Positions 38,191-47,399 of a stretch of DNA of 64,000 bases are shown piece after piece. The notes under the pieces were generated by a model. The model saw nothing but the letters and a program-made list of their open reading frames with translations, did no database searches and had not been told where the DNA came from. Every line of letters begins with the position of its first letter. The stretch's first letter is position 1. This DNA is from Acidimicrobiaceae bacterium (GTDB taxonomy: Bacteria > Actinomycetota > Acidimicrobiia > Acidimicrobiales > Aldehydirespiratoraceae). The stretch is taken from positions 5,598-69,597 of the forward strand of contig VYCW01000089.1 of assembly GCA_009843735.1 (NCBI GenBank), read 5' to 3'. The position numbers and the translations under genes were made by a program.

Positions 38191-40053
38191 CTAGTTCAGG
38201 CTCATCTCCGACACGAGGTACTCGTCGTCGAGCCGGGGCTGCCAGTCGAGACGCTCCGTCGCGCCGTAGATCAGGTCCTGCTGCAGCAGGTAGATGGCAT
38301 GCGGATTCTCGTGCAACCGGGCCCACGCCCTCTGGTAGAGGATGTTGCGCAGGTCCTGGTCGGTCGTCGAGCCGGCCTGCTCGAAGAGGTCGGTGACCAA
38401 CTCGTCGCACAGCTTGGAGGACGAGCCGCCGCACACCAGGAAGTTGCGGGTGCGAGCCCCGTCGAACCACTCGTTGGAGTTCCAGCCGTAACGAGCGTCA
38501 TAGGCGCCGGGCTCCTCGCCCCTGATCCGGCTGCCGGCGCGGAAGCGGGTCCACTCGGCGAGCCGCACCTCGGTGTCGAAGCCGACGTCGTTCAGCATCG
38601 TGGCCACCGCCTGAGTCGTCTCCACGCCGCGCAGGTACCGGCCGATCGGCGCGTAGATCTCGAGGAACAAGGGGTTGTCCTCGTTCCAGCCGTGCGAGGC
38701 CATGATCTCGCGGGCCTGATCCGGGTCGTACGGGAACGGGCCGACGTCGGGGTTGTAGCCGAGCATCCCCGGCGACAGGTGCTGGGCGTGATTGGGCTCG
38801 GCGTAGCCCTCATAGAGCGTCTCCGCGATCAGCTCCTTGTCCACCGCCAGGTTCATGGCGACCCGAATCTCGGGCGGGGCCAGATCCGGACGGAGCGCGT
38901 TGAGCGCTATGTAGCTGTACTCGGTGGCGGGGACGCTGAGCGCCTGGGGCACCAGCGGAACCTGCTCGGGCAGGATGTCCAGCACCAGGTCGACCTCGCC
39001 GGCCTGCAGGGCGGCCAGCGACGTCTGCTTGTCGGGGATGAACCGCACCGTGAACGCGTCGATCGACGGCGCATCGCCCCAGTAGTTCGCATTCCGCACC
39101 GCGGTGATCTGCTGGCCGCGCTCCCAGGACTCGAACATGTATGGACCGGTCCCCACCGGGTTCTCACCCACCGTGTCGGCCGTACCCGGCGCGAAGATGG
39201 GGAGCTGCGCGATCTGCAGCGGCAGGGTGGCGTTGACCCCGTCGGTGTGGATGTCGACGGTGTAGGCATCCACCGCCTCCACGGAGGTCATGCCCCGGAT
39301 GTACGAGTCTCGCTGGGTCGAGTAGTCCGGGTCCAGCATGCGGTTCAGGGCATCCGCCACGGCCTGGGCATCGAGGGCCTGGCCGTCGTGGAAGGTGACG
39401 CCCTCGCGCACCGTGAAGCGCCAGGTGTCGTCGTCGAATGCCTCGTAGCCGGTGGCCAGCACCGGGACCAGAGCCGTCGAGGCGTCACGGCCCAGCAGCG
39501 ACTCGAAGAGGTTGGCGGTCACTACCCGCGAGCTGCGGTCGTTGACGGCCTGCGGGTCGAGCGTCGAGGGCTCGGTGGTGACGGCGATGACGACCCTTCC
39601 GGGATCCCCGGTCGGGGCAGCCGGCTCAGGCTCGGCGGTGGCCGCCTCCAGGGCGGCGGCGGCCTCACCGGCCGCAGTCTCGGCCTCCGAGGCCCGCGAC
39701 TCGGCCGCAGCCGCGGCTTCCTGCGCGGCGGCAGCATCGGCCTGGGCCGCCTCCAAGGCAGCCTGCGCCTCGGCCTGTTGCTCCGCGCTCGCCTCAGCCG
39801 CCGCGGCCGCGGCGTCGGCCAGGGCCGCCTCAGCCTCGGCGGCGGCCGAAGCAGCCGCTTCAGCCTCTGCTCGAGCGGCCTCGGCTTCGGCCTCGGCGGC
39901 GTCGGCCTCGGCCTGCGCCGCCTCGACGGCAGCCGTGTCGACCACCGGCGCCGCGGGTGCGTCCGCCTCGTCGTCGCCGCAGCTCGCGGCGATCAGCGAG
40001 AGGACGAAGAGCGCCGCGAGCGGCACCCCCAGTCTCTTCCGGATGTATCGCAT
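38191..40053 (-). CDS. Family 5 ABC substrate-binding lipoprotein with long Ala/Glu linker
   Basis: Lipobox IAASC; TLDP, FHDG and VGTGPY motifs; GGAGG SD. Confidence 0.9.
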   Translation of the reverse strand: MRYIRKRLGVPLAALFVLSLIAASCGDDEADAPAAPVVDTAAVEAAQAEADAAEAEAEAARAEAEAAASAAAEAEAALADAAAAAAEASAEQQAEAQAALEAAQADAAAAQEAAAAAESRASEAETAAGEAAAALEAATAEPEPAAPTGDPGRVVIAVTTEPSTLDPQAVNDRSSRVVTANLFESLLGRDASTALVPVLATGYEAFDDDTWRFTVREGVTFHDGQALDAQAVADALNRMLDPDYSTQRDSYIRGMTSVEAVDAYTVDIHTDGVNATLPLQIAQLPIFAPGTADTVGENPVGTGPYMFESWERGQQITAVRNANYWGDAPSIDAFTVRFIPDKQTSLAALQAGEVDLVLDILPEQVPLVPQALSVPATEYSYIALNALRPDLAPPEIRVAMNLAVDKELIAETLYEGYAEPNHAQHLSPGMLGYNPDVGPFPYDPDQAREIMASHGWNEDNPLFLEIYAPIGRYLRGVETTQAVATMLNDVGFDTEVRLAEWTRFRAGSRIRGEEPGAYDARYGWNSNEWFDGARTRNFLVCGGSSSKLCDELVTDLFEQAGSTTDQDLRNILYQRAWARLHENPHAIYLLQQDLIYGATERLDWQPRLDDEYLVSEMSLN

Positions 40054-40097
40054 TTTGCTGTTTCCTCCTTTGGGTCTGTGAACTGAATTCATCAGAT

Positions 40098-40526
40098 CTA
40101 GGTGCCTTGGGAACCGTGGAATTGGTCCGCGGCCGCGGCCGCGATCTCGTGGTCGATCTGGGGGGAGCCCCCGCCCACGCCGATGGCGCCCACGCAAACG
40201 CCGTCGGAGAACAGAGGCACACCGCCGGGATTGACGGTGACCCCTCCAGGGATGATTTCCACGAGACTGGTGGGGAACAGGGGCCGGTCGGCCCACTGCG
40301 CGACGAGGTCCTTGGTGGGCTTGGCGAAGGCGGCGGCCAGCCGGGCCTTGCCCATGGCCATGTAGGGCCCGTGCCAGCGCTTGCCCCGCACGACTACCAG
40401 GGGATGGCCGGCGTCGTCGTGCACGGCCACGGTGGCGTTGATGCCCCGTTCGGCCCCGATGGCCCGGGCCTGCTGCACCAGCTCGAGCGCCTGCTCAACG
40501 TCCATTGCTGTGCCGTCCATTGTCAC
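40098..40526 (-). CDS. GlcG/HbpS heme-binding family protein
   Basis: VAVHDDAG, KA and GGVPL..GAIGVGG...D motifs; exact start uncertain. Confidence 0.85.
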   Translation of the reverse strand: MTMDGTAMDVEQALELVQQARAIGAERGINATVAVHDDAGHPLVVVRGKRWHGPYMAMGKARLAAAFAKPTKDLVAQWADRPLFPTSLVEIIPGGVTVNPGGVPLFSDGVCVGAIGVGGGSPQIDHEIAAAAADQFHGSQGT

Positions 40527-41742
40527 TGGGCCCGTCGTCCCAGGGGACCGACAGCAGCCGCAGGTAGCGGGCCGCGTTGTCTGCCATCAGCTTGCGCAGG
40601 GCTTCCTCGCCGATCACGGGGCCCCATGAGATCACGTTGTCGGTGCTGTTCGGGTAGTAGCACTCGGGATGAGGGAAGTCCGACTCGTACATGAGCACAC
40701 CGTCGCCGAGGATGTCGATGACCGCCTTGGTCATCTCGGCTCCCTCGTGCTGCTCGATGGCGCAGAACACCCGGCCCATCTGCACGTACTCGAGCGGGGT
40801 GTGCTTGAGGTCGGCGGGCACGGCGCCCTTGACGTAGTCGATCTGGCTGGTGAGGCGGATGATCCAGTGCGGCAGCCAGCCGTGGCCGGTCTCCACGGTG
40901 GCCACCCGCAGATTCGGGTAGCGGTCCAGCATCCCCGACACCAGCACGTACGCCATGAGCCTCTGCGCCCCCCAGACATGGGCGGCGGTGCGGGCCACGG
41001 CCACGTTGCCCCAGATGTCGCGGTAGCCGGGGAAGTAGGGCGCCTCGTAGAAGAAGCTGTGGTGCATGATGGGCAGGTCGGCCTCGTCCATCGCCTGCCA
41101 GATCGGCTCCAGGTCGGGATCGTCCACCGGCAGACCCTCGGGCAGCACCGGCCACACTGCGGCCAGCCACTCATCGCCAGCGTGCTCGCGGATCGTGTCG
41201 GCGGCCCATTCGGGATCGGCGCCCGGTGCCAGCAGCAGTCCCTTGAGACGGCGGGGGTCGGCCGAGCAGTAGTCGGCCATGTAGCGGTGGTAGGAGCGGT
41301 ACATGGCCTTGGCCAGGCTCAGGTCCAGGGCGGTGCTGCCCGGCGCCCAGGTGCCCGGGATGATGAAGTTGATATCCACCCCTTCAACGTCCATGTTGGC
41401 CAGACGGCCCTCGGAGTTGGTGTGCTGGATGCCGTCGGCGATGGGCTTCACCGCCAGGTTCTGGACCCGGCCCTCGAGGGCCCCCTTGGCGCCCGCCCCC
41501 CGGGTGTCCACCGCGGCATCGGGCTTGTGCCCGGCCACACGGTTGTAGGGCTGGGGGTTGACCCGGACCACACCGTAGGGATGGGTGGGATGGCCCCGGC
41601 CCGCGGTCGGCTTCGTCACCCGGACATAGGGGGTCAGCTCGTCGGCTCGGTCCTTGAGTTCGCGGTCGCCGTAGTCGACGAGCACCTCGACCGATGGGGT
41701 GACGTGGGTGTCGGCGTCGATCACCCGGTATCCCTGTCTCAT
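40495..41742 (-). CDS. Amidohydrolase_2 family hydrolase/decarboxylase
   Basis: IDADTH, ETGHGWLP and SDFPH motifs. Confidence 0.87.
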   Translation of the reverse strand: MRQGYRVIDADTHVTPSVEVLVDYGDRELKDRADELTPYVRVTKPTAGRGHPTHPYGVVRVNPQPYNRVAGHKPDAAVDTRGAGAKGALEGRVQNLAVKPIADGIQHTNSEGRLANMDVEGVDINFIIPGTWAPGSTALDLSLAKAMYRSYHRYMADYCSADPRRLKGLLLAPGADPEWAADTIREHAGDEWLAAVWPVLPEGLPVDDPDLEPIWQAMDEADLPIMHHSFFYEAPYFPGYRDIWGNVAVARTAAHVWGAQRLMAYVLVSGMLDRYPNLRVATVETGHGWLPHWIIRLTSQIDYVKGAVPADLKHTPLEYVQMGRVFCAIEQHEGAEMTKAVIDILGDGVLMYESDFPHPECYYPNSTDNVISWGPVIGEEALRKLMADNAARYLRLLSVPWDDGPSDNGRHSNGR

Positions 41743-42512
41743 GGCTTCCTCTCTGTCTCCTCTGTGGGGGATGGCGTGCCGGACGCCGGGGGCGGCCCAT
41801 CGTCGGCCGCGCCCAGGGTCTCTTGCATGATCGCGAGCAGGCTCCGTTCCACCTGCTGCAGGTGGCGCCGCATCTGCTCGCGGGCCAGGTCGGGGTCCTG
41901 GCGGACGATGGCGTTGTGTATGGGCAGGTGGCCCTGGTAGCCCGAACCCACTCGATGGCGCTGTTCGGGGGCCCGGGTGAACACCCGCCAGAAGGCTGCC
42001 TCGCGGAAGAAGAGCCCGATTCCCGCCTCGTAGAGTTCGGCCAGCACGGTGTTGTGGGAGGCTCGCACCACCGCGCAGTGGAAGCTGCGGTCGGCGGTGT
42101 GGTACTGGGTCTCGTCCTGGGTGTCCATGCGCTGCAGGCACCCGGCTATCTCGGTGAGGTCGTCGGAGGTGCGGTTGGTGGCAGCCAGACCGGCCGCGTG
42201 GATCTCCAGCAGCTTGCGCACGTCGAACACCTGCTGCACCGAGGCGTCGGAGGCTCTGGCCGCCAGGTCCAGCATGCGGGGGCTGATGTCGCTGGGGTGC
42301 CGCACCACCAGCCGGCCCGCGTCCCGGGCCAGGAAGCCGGACGAGACCAGCCCCTGGAGGGCCTCGCGCACGGTGGTGCGGCCCACGCCGAAGGCCTCGC
42401 ACAGCTCCCGTTCCGACGGCATGGTCGCGCCCGGCACCAGGCGGCCCGACAGCATCTGACGCTTGAGCTGCTCCTGGAGCCGGTCGGCGAGCGTCTCGCG
42501 GCTCAACTTCAT
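41739..42512 (-). CDS. GntR/FadR-family regulator
   Basis: PSERELC..FGVGRTTVREAL; FCD domain FH...SHN...H. Confidence 0.9.
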   Translation of the reverse strand: MKLSRETLADRLQEQLKRQMLSGRLVPGATMPSERELCEAFGVGRTTVREALQGLVSSGFLARDAGRLVVRHPSDISPRMLDLAARASDASVQQVFDVRKLLEIHAAGLAATNRTSDDLTEIAGCLQRMDTQDETQYHTADRSFHCAVVRASHNTVLAELYEAGIGLFFREAAFWRVFTRAPEQRHRVGSGYQGHLPIHNAIVRQDPDLAREQMRRHLQQVERSLLAIMQETLGAADDGPPPASGTPSPTEETERKP

Positions 42513-43954
42513 TGCTGACCGCCCAGCCAACTGAGGACCGTGGCCCCTGAATAGGCGGCGTCTAGCTCCGTGTCGTCGTCGGAGGGCGCCGCGAAGGAGA
42601 TCCGCTCGAAGTCGGCCCGCTGCGCGTACGGCACCGAGGCGTCCAGGACGGCCTTGGTGCCGACCCCGGCCTCGGAGGTGCGCACATACTCGTGGCCGCG
42701 CATTCCTGGCATGACCAGGAGGTCCGACGCGGCGTCGAACCGGGTGGCCAGGGCGTACTCCACGTCGACGGGGTCGTGTATGTCGATGTCGTCGTCTACC
42801 AGGATGATCATGTTGAGGTCCTTGAGAGCCCCGAAGGCGGCCATGGCCGCGTTGCGGCCCCAGCCCTCGTCGCGCTCGGACCGCTTCGACAGCGCCATCA
42901 CCAGATGGAACCGATGGAGCCCGCCCGAGGGCATGCACACGTCGGTCACGATGGGCGTCACCGGCCTGACCGCCTCCAGGGCGGCCACCTCGAGCACATG
43001 CTTGCGCAGCACGATCGTCTCCCGGCCGGCGCCGTTGATGGCGTGGTACACCGGCTCGTGGCGGGCGGTGACCGCGGTGATGTCCACGGTGGGGGCCGAC
43101 CCGGCCGGCGAGGCGTAGCCGACGAACTCGCCGAAGGGGCCCTCGTGGGCCTGCTCGCCCGCCTTGATGACGCCCTCGATGACGATCTCGGTCTCGGCCG
43201 GCACGTCCACGTCGACCGACACGCCCGGCACCACCGGCAGGCCCCGGCCCCGGCACCCGCCGGCTGCGCACAGCTCGTCGCGGCTCTCGGGCATGAGCGC
43301 GCCCATGGTGGAGGCCGCGTAGATCAGGGCCACGTCGGTGCCGACGCAGACCGCCACCGGCAGGTCCTGACCCATCTCCACCGCGTGGTCGAGGGCCCGG
43401 CCCAGGTGGCGGCCGTGGTCGATCTTGATGGCCACTCTGTCCGGCTCCAGCAGCTGGAGCCGGTGGAAGGAGGCGTTGCGCACGCCGGTGAGGGGGTCGC
43501 GCACGATCAGGACGCCCGCGGTCACGAAGCGCCCACCGTCGCCGGGGGCGTGCTTGAGCACCGGGAGCTGCTCACCCACGTTGATGGACCCCTTACGCCA
43601 GACCTGCTCCTGGGCCGGGGCCTCGGCGGCCGGGACGGGCTCGACGTCGGTGTGGATGCCCCGGGCCAGCGCGGCCCGCAGCTGGGCGCGGTCCAGTCCC
43701 ATTGCCGCCTCGGAGGACTCCGGGGTGGCGAAGACGTTGCCGACCACCGGCACGTCGTGGTCCTTGACGCTCTCGAACAGCAGGGCCGCGCCGGCGTCGT
43801 GGCGCTTCATGAGACCGGCTACCTCGAGGTCGGGGTCCACGGTGCGCGACACCCTGGCCAGCAGCCCGGCCCGGTCGAGACGCCCCAGCGCGGTTCGGAA
43901 CCCGGTGTCGAGCGTGCCGATCGGATCGGCGCCGCGGCCGCCGTCCGGCGTCAT
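42509..43954 (-). CDS. UbiD-family prFMN-dependent (de)carboxylase
   Basis: FHR, GRHL, PAETEIVIEG, EGPFGEFVGY and VDDDID motifs. Confidence 0.92.
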   Translation of the reverse strand: MTPDGGRGADPIGTLDTGFRTALGRLDRAGLLARVSRTVDPDLEVAGLMKRHDAGAALLFESVKDHDVPVVGNVFATPESSEAAMGLDRAQLRAALARGIHTDVEPVPAAEAPAQEQVWRKGSINVGEQLPVLKHAPGDGGRFVTAGVLIVRDPLTGVRNASFHRLQLLEPDRVAIKIDHGRHLGRALDHAVEMGQDLPVAVCVGTDVALIYAASTMGALMPESRDELCAAGGCRGRGLPVVPGVSVDVDVPAETEIVIEGVIKAGEQAHEGPFGEFVGYASPAGSAPTVDITAVTARHEPVYHAINGAGRETIVLRKHVLEVAALEAVRPVTPIVTDVCMPSGGLHRFHLVMALSKRSERDEGWGRNAAMAAFGALKDLNMIILVDDDIDIHDPVDVEYALATRFDAASDLLVMPGMRGHEYVRTSEAGVGTKAVLDASVPYAQRADFERISFAAPSDDDTELDAAYSGATVLSWLGGQQ

Positions 43955-45429
43955 GAGCGCTCCTCGGAGCCGGCCCCACCGGAGGGGTGGGCCTCGGCCA
44001 GGCAGCGCTGCACCATGGAGCGGGCCCGATCCCAGTCGTAGTTGCGGTACAAGCGGCCCTGCACCACCGACGCCGAGCCCGCGTAGAACATCTCGTACTG
44101 GAAGTGCCGGCTGGCGAACTCGGAGCCGATGGCGTCCCAGATCAGCTTCAGCAGCCCGACCCGGTGCTGGGCGTCCATCTCGGGCCAGCGCACGAAGCGC
44201 TCGAAGTCGGTCCGGGTGACCGGATCCTCCCAGGCACTCATGGACGAGGGCACCTGGATGGTGGTCCCCCCGGTCAGCTCCCGCAGCGCAAAGGTGATGT
44301 CGCGGTACAGCTCGGGTTGCTGGGTCATCGCCGCGTAGAGCATCTCCGGGTCGGGGCGGGCCACGCCGTTGGCGTCGATGGTGGCGTTGTACTCCCCGGC
44401 CAGCACCATCCCGTAGGGCACCGAGGCCTGGGCCGCCACCCGGGCCAGGCTCAGCTGGAAGTTCCGGTCCCGGGCCTGACCCGACCATTCGGCCAGCTGC
44501 GAGGCCAACCCGGCCAGGAACCGCATCTTCACCGCGTAGCGGATCTGAGCCTGGGTGTTCCCCAGAAGGTGTGCGGGTGTGCGGTTGAACTGGGCGAAGG
44601 TGATCTCGGGGTCGCGGTCCACGAACACGTGCTCGGCGGGCACGTCCACGTCGTCGAACACCACTAGCGCGTCGGTCTCGTCGTAGATCGCCGACAGCGG
44701 GTAGTCGCCCTCCGCGGTGACGTCCCGGCCGTAGGGCCGGCGGGGGTAGATGCGCAGCCGGGGATGGTTGACGGGGATCACCACCGACAGGCCGTAGTCG
44801 TCGGCGCCCGGGGGCAGGGGCTGGATGGAACTGACGAACACGTAGTCCGACATCAGCGTGCCGGTGCCGAGCATCTGGGCGCCCCGCACCACCACCCCGT
44901 CGTCGCTGGAGCGGACGATGGAGGCATAGAGGTTGGGCGCGTACTGCTCATGCGGCCCCTTGGCCCGGTCGACCTGGGGGTGGATGATGGTGTAGGTGAC
45001 GTACAGGTCCTCGTCGCGGGCCCACTCGTAGAACCGCTGCACGTTGTCGGCGTAGCGGTCGCCGGCCTTGGCGAAGGTGTCGAGCGACCCCGAGAAGCCG
45101 GCAAAGAACGAGGCCACATGGTCCGGGGACCGGCCCAGGTAGCCGTAGCTGATCTCCGACCAGGCTTCGATGGCGAGACGGCGGCGACGCAGGTCCTCCA
45201 CCGAGCGGGGCACCAGCCAGCTCAGGTTCACGGGACGGCCGTCGGTGGGCGACTTGTAGGTCATGAGCTCGCGGTTGGCGGGGTCGGCCGCGAAGTCGTA
45301 GAGCCGGGCCACGGAGCGCACCGCGGCGGCGAAGGCGGGATGGTCAGCGACATCGTCGACGGGCCTACCGTCGAGGATCACGTTGCGCCCGTCTCGCAGC
45401 GACTCGACGTAGCTGTCTCCCGTGCGCAT
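43951..45429 (-). CDS. HpaB-type group D flavin monooxygenase (oxygenase component)
   Basis: YVESLRDGR, GRSPDH, DETD..VFDDV and SEFASRH.QYEMFYAG motifs; GGAGG SD before ATG 45429. Confidence 0.9.
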   Translation of the reverse strand: MRTGDSYVESLRDGRNVILDGRPVDDVADHPAFAAAVRSVARLYDFAADPANRELMTYKSPTDGRPVNLSWLVPRSVEDLRRRRLAIEAWSEISYGYLGRSPDHVASFFAGFSGSLDTFAKAGDRYADNVQRFYEWARDEDLYVTYTIIHPQVDRAKGPHEQYAPNLYASIVRSSDDGVVVRGAQMLGTGTLMSDYVFVSSIQPLPPGADDYGLSVVIPVNHPRLRIYPRRPYGRDVTAEGDYPLSAIYDETDALVVFDDVDVPAEHVFVDRDPEITFAQFNRTPAHLLGNTQAQIRYAVKMRFLAGLASQLAEWSGQARDRNFQLSLARVAAQASVPYGMVLAGEYNATIDANGVARPDPEMLYAAMTQQPELYRDITFALRELTGGTTIQVPSSMSAWEDPVTRTDFERFVRWPEMDAQHRVGLLKLIWDAIGSEFASRHFQYEMFYAGSASVVQGRLYRNYDWDRARSMVQRCLAEAHPSGGAGSEERS

Positions 45430-45484
45430 CCATCCTCCATCAGGACGCGAGAACCGCCCGGCAGCAGCCGGTTCTCTTGGCAGA

Positions 45485-45495
45485 TTGTCTGACAA
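45485..45495. promoter_or_regulatory. Candidate FadR-family operator
   Basis: Perfect palindrome TTGTC-T-GACAA in the divergent promoter region. Confidence 0.6.
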
Positions 45496-45532
45496 CCTGC
45501 CCAGCCTGTCAAACTGGGTCGGTGAGGATCAC

Positions 45533-46744
45533 GTGAGGAGCGGTCTGGGCCAGCTGGCCGACACGCTGAGCAACCCCAATTTCCGCCGCTACGCCAGCGC
45601 CCAGTTCCTGCACGGCGCCGGAATGTGGGCCCACCACCTCGCCGAGGTGTGGCTGGTGTACGAGATCACCGGCAAGGCCCTCGCGGTGGGGCTCACCATC
45701 GCGGTCCGGTCGGGCCTGGCCGTCGTGCTCGCTCCGGTGGCGGGGACACTGGCCGACCGGATGGACCGGCGCCGGATGCTGGCCTCCACCCAGGCCTCGA
45801 AGGCCCTCGTCGCCAGCGCGCTGGCCGTGACCGCGCTGGTGATGGGAGAGGACCTGCCGCTGGCGGTGCTGTTCGGAGCGGTCGCTGTGCTGGGCGTGAT
45901 CGGCGCCATCGACACCCCGCTGCGGCGGGCCTTCGTGCGCGACGTCGTATTGGCCGACCGGATCGACCGGGCGGCCCGGCTGCACACCTCGGTGATGTCG
46001 ATCGGCCGGTTCCTGGGAAGCGGCGCGGCCTGGTTGTTCCTGAGCCTGTCCGCTTCGTGGGCGTGTTTCGGCGTGAACGGCGCGACCTCGCTGCTGGCGT
46101 CCCTGCTGGTGCTCCGGGTGGTGCCCACCACCGCCACGGTGTCGAAGGACGCCCGAGCGGCCGGGGGGCCCGTGCTCGGCTACCTGCTGCGCACCCCGGC
46201 GGTGACCATACCGATGACCCTGCTGTGCTCGTTCACACTGTTCGGCTGGAATCTGGCCGTGCTGCTTCCGGTGGTCGCCGACAAGCAGTTGGAGGGCGGG
46301 CCGGGCACGTTCGCGATCCTGGCCCAGGTCATGGCGGTCGGCAGTCTCATCGGCTCGGTGATGATGGCCGCCTCGAGGCTGGAAGGGTTGCGCAGCCTCG
46401 CGATCCTGCTGGCAGTGTTCAGCGCGACGATGGCCTCGCTGGCCGCGGTGAACTTCCTGGTCGCCGGGATGGTGGCCATCCTGGTGGTGGGCACCTTCGG
46501 CGGCGGGTTCCTGAGCCTGGCCAACGGATCGGTGCAGTCGGCGGCCGATCCCCGCCTCCAGGGCCGGGTCTCGGCCGCGTACGGGGTGGTCTTCGTGGGT
46601 GCCCGCGCCGTCGGCGGCCCCATCCTGGGCTGGCTGGTGGACGCCTTCGGCAGCCGGGTCGCCCTGGTAACGGTGGGGATCTTCACTGCCGCCTGCGCCC
46701 TGATCGGCCTCCTCGCGGTCGCCCGGACTCGTTCGAGCCGATAG
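45533..46744 (+). CDS. MFS transporter (MFS_3-like)
   Basis: GTLADRMDRRR motif A; about 12 TM helices; LQGRV. Confidence 0.88.
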   Translation: MRSGLGQLADTLSNPNFRRYASAQFLHGAGMWAHHLAEVWLVYEITGKALAVGLTIAVRSGLAVVLAPVAGTLADRMDRRRMLASTQASKALVASALAVTALVMGEDLPLAVLFGAVAVLGVIGAIDTPLRRAFVRDVVLADRIDRAARLHTSVMSIGRFLGSGAAWLFLSLSASWACFGVNGATSLLASLLVLRVVPTTATVSKDARAAGGPVLGYLLRTPAVTIPMTLLCSFTLFGWNLAVLLPVVADKQLEGGPGTFAILAQVMAVGSLIGSVMMAASRLEGLRSLAILLAVFSATMASLAAVNFLVAGMVAILVVGTFGGGFLSLANGSVQSAADPRLQGRVSAAYGVVFVGARAVGGPILGWLVDAFGSRVALVTVGIFTAACALIGLLAVARTRSSR

Positions 46745-46800
46745 AACGACCTCACGACCGGAGAGTTGATCCGGTCGGCAAGTCAGGAGGGAGGAGCACC

Positions 46801-47250
46801 ATGCTTACTCAGGGACTCGACCACGTGGCCGTCATCACCAACGACTCCGACCGGCTCCAGGCCTTCTACATCGAGATGTTCGGCGCCACCGTGGAGTTCG
46901 ACGGCGAGGAGTTCCCGGGCGGGCCTCGCATGACCGTCATCAACATCGGACCGGCCACCGAGCTGAACGTCTTCGAGATCAACGGCAACGAGCAGGCCGA
47001 CCACCAGACGCCGATGTTCGGTCGGGGCCGTCTCGACCACATCGGCCTGCACGCGGCCAGCCTCGACGACTTCGACGAGATCCGCTCCCGGCTCACAGCC
47101 GCCGGGGCGACTGACGGAACCGTCACCGACTTCGGCCGCAAGCTCAGCCTGTTCTTCCGTGACCCCGACCGGATGGAGTGCGAGGTCCTGGTGCCCAACC
47201 CCGAACCCGGCCATGTCCCCATAGGGACCGCATCGCACCTCTACTCCTAA
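46801..47250 (+). CDS. VOC/glyoxalase family protein
   Basis: GLDHVA, LDHIG and FRDPDRMECE motifs; GGAGG SD. Confidence 0.88.
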   Translation: MLTQGLDHVAVITNDSDRLQAFYIEMFGATVEFDGEEFPGGPRMTVINIGPATELNVFEINGNEQADHQTPMFGRGRLDHIGLHAASLDDFDEIRSRLTAAGATDGTVTDFGRKLSLFFRDPDRMECEVLVPNPEPGHVPIGTASHLYS

Positions 47251-47387
47251 GAGCGTCCGTCAATTGGTGCCAGTACCTAGCGCCGCGGCGTGATCACTCC
47301 CGCTCTTGTTCGCTGCGCTCACGGGCCGCTCGGGCCACGGCCTCGCGCCGTATGGGCCGCATCGGCTTGCCTATTCGCTCGGCCTCT
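47248..47387. repeat. Repeat family B (MITE-like) copy
   Basis: Shares ctcccgctcttgttcgctgcgctcacgggccgctcgggccacggcc with 52840; taagag left end. Confidence 0.7.
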
Positions 47388-47399
47388 GCAGCCTCCGCC

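Noticed and set aside
37174-40086. 970-aa plus-strand ORF and many other long antisense or alternate-frame ORFs
   Set aside because: Shadow ORFs typical of high-GC DNA, opposite well-supported genes and without recognisable motifs.
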